Part shown: piece after piece, positions 25,358-33,280 of the stretch
Layout: each line of letters starts with the position of its first letter
How positions within the stretch are numbered: the first letter of the stretch is position 1
Origin: Patescibacteria group bacterium
Lineage (GTDB): Bacteria; Patescibacteriota; Patescibacteriia; Magasanikbacterales; GWA2-37-8
DNA length: 34,298 nt
Direction of reading: 5' to 3'
Assembly (NCBI GenBank): GCA_041661385.1
Contig: JBAZUP010000003.1
Span: 1-34,298 of the forward strand
Position numbers and translations under genes: made by a program
Notes under the pieces: generated by a model
Seen by the model: only the letters and a program-made list of their open reading frames with translations
Database searches by the model: none
What the model was told of the DNA's origin: nothing

Positions 25358-25730
25358 ATGAACAGAGTAACATTAATCGGTAATCTTACTCGTGATCCGG
25401 AAGTCAAATACACCGCAAAAGAAAACAAAGCAATTTCAACATTCACGTTGGCCGTAAACACAGGTTACGGCGAAAAACGAAAAACTGATTATATCTACGT
25501 AGTTTGTTGGCAAAAACTAGCCGAAATTGTTGGTAAAAGGCGCACGTATTCTCGCTGAAGGACGATTAAATGTAAAAGTATGGGAAGATAACGAGGGAAA
25601 CAGGCATACAACTTACCAAGTTGTAGCCAACCACATCGAGTTTTTATCGCCAAAATCAAACAACCAGGAAATACCGGCTGAAACAATAGCTTCTGAACCA
25701 GAGTTATCCGAAGACGATATCATCATTTAA
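25358..25730 (+). pseudogene. ssb: Single-stranded DNA-binding protein gene interrupted by a frameshift
   Basis: Frame 1 gives MNRVTLIGNLTRDPEVKYT...YIYVVCWQKLAEIVGK and then stops. The +1 frame continues LVKGARILAEGRLNVKVWEDNEGNRHTTYQVVANHIEFL and ends in the acidic tail SEDDIII. Together they make one canonical OB-fold SSB. Confidence 0.85.
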
Positions 25731-25734
25731 AGAA

Positions 25735-25764
25735 GAAAGACCAACCGAATACGGTTGGTCTTTC
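25735..25764. terminator. Bidirectional terminator between the convergent ssb and MFS genes
   Basis: GAAAGACCAACC-GAATAC-GGTTGGTCTTTC, a 12-bp perfect stem flanked by A-rich and T-rich runs. Confidence 0.75.
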
Positions 25765-25775
25765 TTTATCTACAG

Positions 25776-27014
25776 CTATATCGTTTTAGCTTTTAATACC
25801 ACTGGCAGCGCAATTAAACAAATAACCGCTAAGATTGCTACCGGAATTAATTCTAGTTGAAATTTGTAAATCAAGTAAGTACACAACGTCGGCAAACATC
25901 CGCCAAATATAGCGGTGGGAAAGACGAACGCTACACACATTCCAATGCCGCGTATAGATGGTTCGAAACTGCGCGAGAGAATATGCCATATTACGCCGTC
26001 AGTACACGCTAAACAGGCTGCAAAAACGATTTGAACCATAAATATATACTGCACGCCATGTTTGAATAACAAAAAGCCTGGATAAGTTAAAAACAACAAT
26101 GACAAGATGCTGAAGATAACCATTTTCTTGTGCTGACCGTTTTTTGTAAACCAGCCAACGAGTAAAGTAAATGCAACCAAGAAAAACAATCCGGTTGTGT
26201 TACTGGCCAGTGCAATGCTTTTATTAATCCCCAAAAAAGTTGTTAGATACGTCGGCAACCATACAAATAATAAGTAATAAGATGATTGGACAAATATATA
26301 CACAACCATTATCTGCAAAACAACTTTGACGTTGCTTTTATCTTTCGAAAAAAAGGTTTTAACTACATCACGAACGCTATTGTGGACCGGCTGATACTCT
26401 TTGCTTTCTTCGATGTTGTTGCGAACGTAGAGGATAAACAAAAATAGAATAAATCCGATAAAAAACGGAATACGCCAAGCATAATCCAATATTTCTTTTT
26501 CAGTAAAAATTGTATATATGCAATACCCGGACAAAGAACCGAGCAGTGTACCTAGCATGGAACTCGCTGCAGCAAAGCTGGAAAAGAAATTTTTTTTATG
26601 CGTTGAAGATACTTCGTAAATGTAGCAGGCTGATATCGGCAACTCGCCGCCTGAAGCAAATCCCTGAATTAATCTGAGTAATATTAACAAGAAAGTCGCA
26701 GTCATTCCAATTGAGTCATAAACCGGCAGTAAACCGATTCCGATTGTCGGAAGCGCCATGAGTATGATTGTCCACTGCAAAGCCTTTTTACGGCCAAAGC
26801 GGTCCGCAAAATAGCCGAAGATAATTGCACCGATTGGGCGGATTAAATAACTGACAGAGAACAGAAAGAAAATCTTTAGAATTTCAAGCACCGGACTTTG
26901 TGAAGCAAAGAATAAGGCGCCGATCGCGCCGCCGAGAAAAACATAAATTGAAAAATCGTACCATTCCGCAATGTTTGCAAAAAAGCCAATCAATACAAGT
27001 TTTTTTGTGTTCAT
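25776..27014 (-). CDS. MFS transporter, metabolite:H+ symporter (MHS, ProP/KgtP-like) family
   Basis: N-terminal AEWYDFSIY signature of the MHS family, DRFGRKKAL loop 2-3 motif, 12 predicted TM segments. Confidence 0.9.
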   Translation of the reverse strand: MNTKKLVLIGFFANIAEWYDFSIYVFLGGAIGALFFASQSPVLEILKIFFLFSVSYLIRPIGAIIFGYFADRFGRKKALQWTIILMALPTIGIGLLPVYDSIGMTATFLLILLRLIQGFASGGELPISACYIYEVSSTHKKNFFSSFAAASSMLGTLLGSLSGYCIYTIFTEKEILDYAWRIPFFIGFILFLFILYVRNNIEESKEYQPVHNSVRDVVKTFFSKDKSNVKVVLQIMVVYIFVQSSYYLLFVWLPTYLTTFLGINKSIALASNTTGLFFLVAFTLLVGWFTKNGQHKKMVIFSILSLLFLTYPGFLLFKHGVQYIFMVQIVFAACLACTDGVIWHILSRSFEPSIRGIGMCVAFVFPTAIFGGCLPTLCTYLIYKFQLELIPVAILAVICLIALPVVLKAKTI

Positions 27015-27085
27015 CTAACCGTAGCACGGATACCGCCTGCTTTAGCTGTGCGAAGGAAGTGCGGCTTCGTGCGTTCTCCTTCTGT

Positions 27086-27114
27086 TTGAAATATTTAATC
27101 AAATGTAGTATAAT
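27086..27114 (+). promoter_or_regulatory. Sigma70-like promoter upstream of tnpB (TTGAAA-17 nt-TATAAT)
   Basis: -35 at 27086-27091, -10 at 27109-27114. RBS AGGAGG 6 nt before the ATG at 27132. Confidence 0.5.
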
Positions 27115-27131
27115 GTTGGCAGGAGGTTTGT

Positions 27132-28214
27132 ATGCTACTTACGCTCAAAATCAAACTACTGCCAACCAATGAACAACGCGAAAAGTTACTCAAAACAATG
27201 CGAGCGTTTAATGCCGCTTGCGATTATATTAGTCAAAAAGCATTTTCTACCTCTACTTTCCACCAATCAGGCGTTCACCGATTGACTTACTACGAAGCGC
27301 GCGAGAAGTTTTTGCTATCCTCGCAAATGGCCGTTCGTGCCGTTGGCAAGGTTTGCGACAGCTACAAGCTGGACAAAAAAACTTTACGAACATTTCAACC
27401 GCTTGGCGCAATTGTTTACGACCAGCGTATTTTGTCTTTCAACGGTTTAGAAACGGCATCTATCCTAACTCTCGACGGCAGGATTAAAGTCCCTATGGTA
27501 TTCGCCGAATATCACGACGGGCTTGTTAAGGGCAATCACGTTCGCGGACAAGCTGACTTGTGCTATATCGACGGTGAATTTTACTTAATGCTTGTCGTTG
27601 ATATTCCAAACGCTCCGAAAGGCAAACCGATTGAATATCTCGGCGTTGACTTCGGCATAGTACAGATAGCGAGTACTTCTGACGGCGATAGTTTCTGCGG
27701 CAAGGCTGTTCGCAACGTCCGTTACCGCAACCAAAAGTTACGCAAGAAGTTACAGGCTAAACAAACAAAGTCGGCAAAACGGTTGCTCAAGAAACGCCGG
27801 AGAAAAGAACAACGATTTTCAACATGGGTTAATCACAACATTTCTAAAAAGATAGTCAATGTTGCTAAAGACACTCAACGCGGTATCGCTATCGAAGATT
27901 TGAACGGTATTCGCGAACGAGTTAATACGGTTAGAAAAGCACAACGAATTGCACTATCTAATTGGGCGTTCTATCAACTTCGCCAATTCTTGACCTACAA
28001 AGCATTTCTAAATGGCGTTGAATTGGTTGCTGTTGACCCTCGAAACACTTCTAGGACTTGCCCTAAGTGCGGTAATATCGACAAAAAGAATCGCAAAACA
28101 CAATCTAAATTTCAATGCACTGCCTGTGGTTTCGTTGCCAATGCAGACATTAACGCGGCTGGCAATATTGCTAGTCGGGCTGTTGTAAACCAGCCATACG
28201 CGGAAGTTGCCTAG
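27132..28214 (+). CDS. tnpB: TnpB RNA-guided endonuclease (OrfB_IS605 / OrfB_Zn_ribbon)
   Basis: N-terminal LKIKLLPTNEQREKLLKTMRAFNAACDY. RuvC triad present: GVDFGI (Asp), IAIEDLNGI (Glu), ANADINAAGNIA (Asp). Zinc ribbon CPKCG..CTACG. Confidence 0.92.
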   Translation: MLLTLKIKLLPTNEQREKLLKTMRAFNAACDYISQKAFSTSTFHQSGVHRLTYYEAREKFLLSSQMAVRAVGKVCDSYKLDKKTLRTFQPLGAIVYDQRILSFNGLETASILTLDGRIKVPMVFAEYHDGLVKGNHVRGQADLCYIDGEFYLMLVVDIPNAPKGKPIEYLGVDFGIVQIASTSDGDSFCGKAVRNVRYRNQKLRKKLQAKQTKSAKRLLKKRRRKEQRFSTWVNHNISKKIVNVAKDTQRGIAIEDLNGIRERVNTVRKAQRIALSNWAFYQLRQFLTYKAFLNGVELVAVDPRNTSRTCPKCGNIDKKNRKTQSKFQCTACGFVANADINAAGNIASRAVVNQPYAEVA

Positions 28215-28262
28215 CGTAGATAATTATCTGCAAAGCCCCTGCCTTTAGGCATGGGGTGGTTT
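28060..28262 (+). ncRNA. Predicted omega/reRNA scaffold overlapping the tnpB 3' end and right end (boundaries approximate)
   Basis: By analogy with characterised TnpB elements, where the guide RNA derives from the 3' end of tnpB plus the right end. Only the terminal hairpins (28218-28256) are directly visible. Confidence 0.3.
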
Positions 28263-28266
28263 ACTT

Positions 28267-28974
28267 CTATACTCCTCGTAAATGTTTAACAACACTATCA
28301 ATATTACCATAAATTAATTTACTTTTGATATTTGAAACATGCGCTTCAATTGTTTTTATAGTAACACCTATATTAACGGCCATATTTATCCTGACATCAT
28401 CATTTTTAGCATGTAACAGGCACATTAATTCTTTTTCAGTCAAAGGTTCGTAAAAAAACTTCTTTAAATCAAGATATTCCATAAACATAGCCAGCGCCCG
28501 CGGTTTACTGGCATATATTCCTAAATAAGACCTCAACAAAGTTATTAAATCAACTTTCTTTGTATAATCGTCGCTATTTGTAAGAATAGCGATGATTTTT
28601 TTTGAATTACTACGGCTGGCAAACGGTATCTTGTACATATTTTGATAATGAACAAACCCGGTTTTATCGAGAAAAACACGTTGTTTATCATGGACAAATT
28701 TTCCGGAACTAACTACTAATTTATCCATTTCATTTACTTTATCAACAAACGCATTACCCCAAAACGGCCGCATGAAGATATCCAACTCACTCAAAGTTAA
28801 ACCAATTATCTCTTTAATATTGTTTAACTTATATATCTCTAAATTAGCTTGATTACTAACGATGTATTTCCCGGTATTCGCGTTTTTTACATGAACGCTA
28901 ACCGGCAACGTGGCAATCATCTTTAACATATTGTCGATTGATACATTATATAAATTTTGATAGATATTAATCAT
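28267..28974 (-). CDS. LuxR-family transcription regulator with an N-terminal PAS-like sensor domain
   Basis: C-terminal GerE/LuxR HTH: LTEKELMCLLHAKNDDVRINMAVNIGVTIKTIEAHVSNIKSKL. The N-terminal ~130 aa have a PAS-like pattern. The start overlaps the upstream stop (ATGA). Confidence 0.8.
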   Translation of the reverse strand: MINIYQNLYNVSIDNMLKMIATLPVSVHVKNANTGKYIVSNQANLEIYKLNNIKEIIGLTLSELDIFMRPFWGNAFVDKVNEMDKLVVSSGKFVHDKQRVFLDKTGFVHYQNMYKIPFASRSNSKKIIAILTNSDDYTKKVDLITLLRSYLGIYASKPRALAMFMEYLDLKKFFYEPLTEKELMCLLHAKNDDVRINMAVNIGVTIKTIEAHVSNIKSKLIYGNIDSVVKHLRGV

Positions 28975-29723
28975 AAGTTAACATTCATTTTCTTTGCATA
29001 AACAATTACACCACCCATCATGTTTTTCTGCAAATTTGTAACAATTTCATGATAAGTATCATAAGTACTGTTAAAAGCCGATTCACCAAACGTATTGATA
29101 ATGTCGTTTTTACCAGCTTCAATTTTATTCATTAGTGTTTCATACCAAGTTAAAAACTTTTCATTCATATTGACAATGCTGGAAATATTCCAGTTAGTAC
29201 GAGCCAGCATTTTAGCAATCTCACCTTGTTTTATTGGTAAAAAGGGGTTTTCGTCAAATCTGAATATTGACGGGAAATACTGTTCTCTGTCGGAATAATC
29301 AAAAATCATGATTTCACCGTTATTTTCGGTGATTTTATTCAATGAATAAAGCGCTTTCTCCTGATCCACAAACGCATAAAAGGTAGTAAATAGGCATAAT
29401 AAGTCAAATTTTGTATTAATTACACTATCGACATTATGCACATCAGAAACATAGAAACTAACATCTGGATAAGTCTGTTTTGCATACATAACCGATTCTT
29501 TTTCGATATCAAATCCGGACACAGCGCCCCAATGTTTTTTTTGGATATAATCTGCGGTTTTACCAAGCCCGCAACCAACATCAAGTATTTTTCTATTCAC
29601 GTCTTTTTTATAAGGAGATAACGCAATATCGATTGCTTTATCTTCACCAGGATGCGCATAATCACCGCCTCTAATTTGTGATAATAACTGTTTACCTTGA
29701 AACCACCGCATAAATTCCATCAA
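28971..29723 (-). CDS. Class I SAM-dependent methyltransferase, phosphoethanolamine N-methyltransferase-like
   Basis: SAM motif I ILDVGCGLGKTADY, post-I FDIE, motif II FDLLCLFTTF. The C-terminal half (DYS...FLTWYETL...GGVIVYAKK) resembles PMT-type enzymes by eye. The start could be the ATG at 29720. Confidence 0.8.
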   Translation of the reverse strand: MMEFMRWFQGKQLLSQIRGGDYAHPGEDKAIDIALSPYKKDVNRKILDVGCGLGKTADYIQKKHWGAVSGFDIEKESVMYAKQTYPDVSFYVSDVHNVDSVINTKFDLLCLFTTFYAFVDQEKALYSLNKITENNGEIMIFDYSDREQYFPSIFRFDENPFLPIKQGEIAKMLARTNWNISSIVNMNEKFLTWYETLMNKIEAGKNDIINTFGESAFNSTYDTYHEIVTNLQKNMMGGVIVYAKKMNVNL

Positions 29724-29844
29724 TTTTTCTTTTATCCTCCGTTATTTAATATATTTAAATGCAAACTTAGGGTTTTTCCTTATAAAGGTATTTCCGCAAT
29801 TGATATATATTATTAATAAAGCAAAGCATTCAGCGAGTATTGTA

Positions 29845-29881
29845 TAAAAAATCGCGAAAGGTAAATAAAACCCTTCGCGAT
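29845..29881 (-). terminator. Rho-independent terminator for the CI-like repressor gene
   Basis: On the minus strand, ATCGCGAAGGG-loop-CCTTTCGCGAT followed by TTTTTT. Confidence 0.7.
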
Positions 29882-29887
29882 CGATTA

Positions 29888-30535
29888 TCACGTAACAATA
29901 TTATTTTTTGGAATACGCAACCATGGTTGCAAAGTTTCTTGAGCAAGAATACGCGAAAACGACACTACTTCACCAATAATACTAACTTCATTTACCTTAT
30001 AGCTTTGCTTCTCATATTTCCGGAAATTTGTCGGCAATAATACTACCTCGTCATTACACATAAAACAATACGCAAAAACTGCTTGCTGCTTCGCTACAAA
30101 TAAACCAATACAACTTTCAACCATGTCGTTGGTTCTGCGTAATAACAGATTATCGTCCTTTTCAATTTGCGGGGACAGGGAATTGTCCGGCATTGTTATA
30201 AAAAAATACTCATAAGCAGAATTTATATAACCCGGCAACGGTTCATACCGCACTGGTTTTTGTTTTTCAAAAGACATACCTGGATCATATGAATAAAACA
30301 ACGGCGCATAAGGAATTTTTTCTTCATTTAACTGGCAATCCATGCCGACGAGCTTATCAAGAGACATGTTATAAAACTTAGCTAACTTTTGTAAATCCGG
30401 CAAAGACAGATTGCCCTTATTTGTTTCTATCCGACAATAAGTTGCTTCGCCTATATCCAATAGCTTCGCTATTTCTTTTTGCTTAAGTTTTTTCATTACA
30501 CGTAATTCTCTAAGAAAGTCTCCGAACATTTGCAC
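29888..30535 (-). CDS. CI/LexA-like repressor (XRE HTH plus S24 peptidase-like C-terminal domain)
   Basis: N-terminal LRELRVMKKLKQKEIAKLLDIGEATYCRIETNKGNLSLPDLQKLAKFYNMSLDKLVG. The C-terminal domain has a degenerate Ser motif PDNSLSP and a downstream Lys (FVAK). Confidence 0.75.
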   Translation of the reverse strand: MQMFGDFLRELRVMKKLKQKEIAKLLDIGEATYCRIETNKGNLSLPDLQKLAKFYNMSLDKLVGMDCQLNEEKIPYAPLFYSYDPGMSFEKQKPVRYEPLPGYINSAYEYFFITMPDNSLSPQIEKDDNLLLRRTNDMVESCIGLFVAKQQAVFAYCFMCNDEVVLLPTNFRKYEKQSYKVNEVSIIGEVVSFSRILAQETLQPWLRIPKNNIVT

Positions 30536-30635
30536 CTCGAAAATGTTTTACTGAATTAAAACAATTATAACAGAATCCGCATAAACATTTACCATTTCAG
30601 CTATAATAGGTAATTGCTATATATGGAATTAAGCG

Positions 30636-30664
30636 TTGACAATTCCACAAATAACAACTAAAAT
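30636..30664 (+). promoter_or_regulatory. Sigma70-like promoter for the Cro-like gene (TTGACA-17 nt-TAAAAT) with a flanking inverted repeat TGGAATT/AATTCCA
   Basis: -35 at 30636-30641, -10 at 30659-30664. The inverted repeat (30624-30630 and 30641-30647) brackets the -35. Confidence 0.5.
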
Positions 30665-30712
30665 GTAACTAAAACATATCAGAATTAGATATGAAAAGGA
30701 AGTAAATGCTAA

Positions 30713-30943
30713 ATGGAAGAAACTCTTGGTGCACGAATAAAAAAACTACGAATAAAAAAAGAAATTTCTGGTAAATATATGCAAGAAAAACTGGGCTTCG
30801 CAATATATAAATCATATTGGATGATTGAAAAAGATATGGTAAAAGTTGACCATGAACAATTAATAAAAATTGCAGAAACATTAAACGTAGACATGAACAC
30901 TTTGTTAAAAGGAATAAAAAATGCAACCAAAAAACCAAACTGA
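30713..30943 (+). CDS. Small XRE-family (Cro-like) HTH protein
   Basis: LGARIKKLRIKKEISGKYMQEKLGF..YWMIEKDMVKVDHEQLIKIAETLNVDMNTLL. Divergent from the CI-like gene. Confidence 0.75.
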   Translation: MEETLGARIKKLRIKKEISGKYMQEKLGFAIYKSYWMIEKDMVKVDHEQLIKIAETLNVDMNTLLKGIKNATKKPN

Positions 30944-31469
30944 ATTACATTATTTGTTGTGCTGCAAAGCGAGAGAATGGTTGTACCAACATAATTATCA
31001 ACTTGTCGCCCGTGAAGTTTGGCAGTTTTTTTCTCCGGGTTACACTGAAAACATTAAAAAAAACGGTAACAGAAGAGATATTGTTGATGTTGCCGGCGTA
31101 AAATTTATAAAAAAATGGGAAAGCAACGTAGGTTATAAAACAGTCGATCATAAATGCGCAACAATCGAAGCAAAAGCCAGTATTGAAGATTTCAAAGCCG
31201 GATATTGCAGGCATGATTATGGCGCAGAATACATTATCACACCACAAGGAATGTTGACAGCAGAAATGATACCAAAAGGCATTGGACTATTAGAGCTAAC
31301 TCCAAAAGGAGTATTTTGCGTTAAACCGGCCAGACATAAAGGAAAACAATTTTCAGATATGTTGTTGCCCTGGATCTGCGCAAGAGCAACTAGTGAGTTA
31401 TTGAAAATCACTTGTCCGGAACATAAAGATATGTTCGAAAAAGCAAAGATAATTAACGGCATAAAATAG
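30921..31469 (+). CDS. PD-(D/E)XK nuclease-fold protein, MmcB-like
   Basis: RRDIVDVAGV ... ATIEAKASIEDFKAG gives a D...ExK arrangement, followed by GAEYIITPQG and IPKGIGLLEL as in the MmcB family (recognised by eye). Confidence 0.5.
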   Translation: MQPKNQTELHYLLCCKAREWLYQHNYQLVAREVWQFFSPGYTENIKKNGNRRDIVDVAGVKFIKKWESNVGYKTVDHKCATIEAKASIEDFKAGYCRHDYGAEYIITPQGMLTAEMIPKGIGLLELTPKGVFCVKPARHKGKQFSDMLLPWICARATSELLKITCPEHKDMFEKAKIINGIK

Positions 31470-31498
31470 ATTTGTTTTTTAGGAAAAGGAAAAAAGAA

Positions 31499-33280
31499 AT
31501 GGAAATAATAGACAATTTCAAAAAAAACCGACAAAACTATTTAAGACTTATACTCACACCATTGGCCATAATAGCAATACTGTTACTCTGCAACACGTTT
31601 AATTTACAAAAAAACATAACCGATAATGCTGTTTTGTCGAATGAAACCTTAAATAATGATGTAATTAAAATTAATGGCAACTGGAAATTTTATCCCGGAG
31701 AAACAAAATTACCAATTGCGAAAAATACAGCATATCAATTAAAAGCTCCGCCAAGTGCTTTCAATAATATCTGGCAAACAAAAGCTGCCGGCATTTATAC
31801 GCTAAATATTAGTACCGAAAACAAAGAAAACAACCATTTGTCCATATACACAAAAGATTTATCAGACAATGTAAAAATTATAGTCAACGGAAAAATGCTC
31901 AATAAACACCACAAACACATTTTTGGCGCCTACGATCTTAACCGGTACGATTTTTATGCAAAAGACAATATCGAGATTTCACTCTTGATAACTAAATCCG
32001 ATAACAACTATGTAGCGCCAATATACCTTGGGAAAATCGAAAATATAGCCAACGTCATCACAATAGAAACGTGTATCAACATTATCGTAATTGCAATCGC
32101 GTTTTTAATAATCGCTATTTTGATTATTCAACGATATAACCTCAACCGCGAAAAAACATTGGTCATTTTAACAATCTTCGTAACATTAAATTTGCTTTAT
32201 TTTTGTGCAGCGCTGGCCAACTTATCGAGTTGGTTTATAAAAAACATTTCTTTCGAATATTTAGTTAAATTTTTCAATATCTGGATGGTTCTAAATTGTT
32301 TATATCTAAATAGGTTTTTGTGGGAAAACTCAAAAAACAAACACGAAAAATTAATGCTTTATACAACTATTTTAATCACAGCAGCGTCTTTAATAGCCTT
32401 AATTTTACCAACTTTCCTGTCATTTTTACTGTTTTCAATAATTATCATATCAACACTAACGCTATCTTTGCTTATGCTATACGATTCATTCAAAAGAAAA
32501 GTGAAAAGCATGGTTTACCTGACATATAGTACCAGTTTCTTAATTTGTATCGTTAGTTTGAATTATCTTTGGCAATGCAACGTCAATCCACCGGCGTGGA
32601 TAACTGCACTATGCACAATAATGTTTATAACCACACAAATGTTATACATTACAGACAAGCACAAACAAAATTGGGAAAAAGAACGCAACAGCGCATTAGA
32701 ACAAGCATATTTACGTGCTCAAATAAGCCCGCACTTCATTAATAACGTATTAACGTCTATTGTCACACTAATAGATAAAGATCCGGGAAACGGCCGCGCA
32801 TACCTGCAAAAATTCGCAATATATCTTAGAGAAATGTTTAAAACTGATCAAACTAAAAAACAGATACCATTAATAGAAGAAATTGAGCTAATTGACAGAT
32901 ATTTATCACTCGAACAAATCCGCTACAAAAACAATATGTCTTACATAATCCAAATAAATCCCGAACACAACCAGGTATTAATTCCCCCGTACACTATTCA
33001 ACCGATTATCGAAAACTCAATAAAACACGGTAATTTAGCCGCCGGATTACCAGATATTTTTACAATCGCCTCAATCAAAGAAGGAAATTATGTGAAAATT
33101 CAAATATCAGAAACCGGCGAAGGTATTGAAAATAAACAACTGGATGTTATATTGAAAAACCAAAAAGGCGTTGGATTAGGCAACGTTATCAATCGCGTAA
33201 AAGCATTCAAAGGATATGTGACGTTTAAACAATCACCCAATAAATTTTGTATAAATCTATTTTTAAGGAGTAGCAAATGA
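31499..33280 (+). CDS. Sensor histidine kinase, LytS/YehU type (His_kinase PF06580 + HATPase_c) with a 7TMR-DISM-like N-terminus
   Basis: Extracellular INGNWKFYPGE domain, about 7 TM segments, LRAQISPHFINNVLTSI (phospho-His region), IQPIIENSIKHG (N box), GVGLGNV (G box). The ATG at 31499 is preferred over the TTG at 31472. Confidence 0.88.
   Translation: MEIIDNFKKNRQNYLRLILTPLAIIAILLLCNTFNLQKNITDNAVLSNETLNNDVIKINGNWKFYPGETKLPIAKNTAYQLKAPPSAFNNIWQTKAAGIYTLNISTENKENNHLSIYTKDLSDNVKIIVNGKMLNKHHKHIFGAYDLNRYDFYAKDNIEISLLITKSDNNYVAPIYLGKIENIANVITIETCINIIVIAIAFLIIAILIIQRYNLNREKTLVILTIFVTLNLLYFCAALANLSSWFIKNISFEYLVKFFNIWMVLNCLYLNRFLWENSKNKHEKLMLYTTILITAASLIALILPTFLSFLLFSIIIISTLTLSLLMLYDSFKRKVKSMVYLTYSTSFLICIVSLNYLWQCNVNPPAWITALCTIMFITTQMLYITDKHKQNWEKERNSALEQAYLRAQISPHFINNVLTSIVTLIDKDPGNGRAYLQKFAIYLREMFKTDQTKKQIPLIEEIELIDRYLSLEQIRYKNNMSYIIQINPEHNQVLIPPYTIQPIIENSIKHGNLAAGLPDIFTIASIKEGNYVKIQISETGEGIENKQLDVILKNQKGVGLGNVINRVKAFKGYVTFKQSPNKFCINLFLRSSK

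Larger units (their letters stand above)
27015..28262 (+). mobile_element. IS200/IS605-family, TnpB-only (IS1341-like) element; exact ends not determined
   Basis: A tnpB ORF with no tnpA. Imperfect hairpin at 27048-27072 upstream. Directly after the stop come a 12-bp palindrome AGATAATTATCT (28218-28229) and a hairpin CCCCTGCC-TTTA-GGCATGGGG (28236-28256). Visibly higher G+C than the neighbouring genes. Confidence 0.6.

Noticed and set aside
26884-27172. Short ORFs (72 aa minus strand, 90 aa plus strand) spanning the MFS 5' end and the IS left end
   Set aside because: Both overlap better-supported features (MFS gene, tnpB promoter and RBS). They have Arg-rich, motif-free translations.
30660-30669. 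AAATGTAAC motif shared between the Cro-like promoter and the pentapeptide-gene promoter
   Set aside because: The same 9-mer also occurs inside the pilB coding sequence (about 5597). In AT-rich DNA a few chance occurrences are expected, so a common regulator cannot be claimed.
32320-32529. 69-aa out-of-frame plus-strand ORF inside the histidine kinase gene
   Set aside because: It is embedded in the TM region of a well-supported gene and has no RBS or motif.
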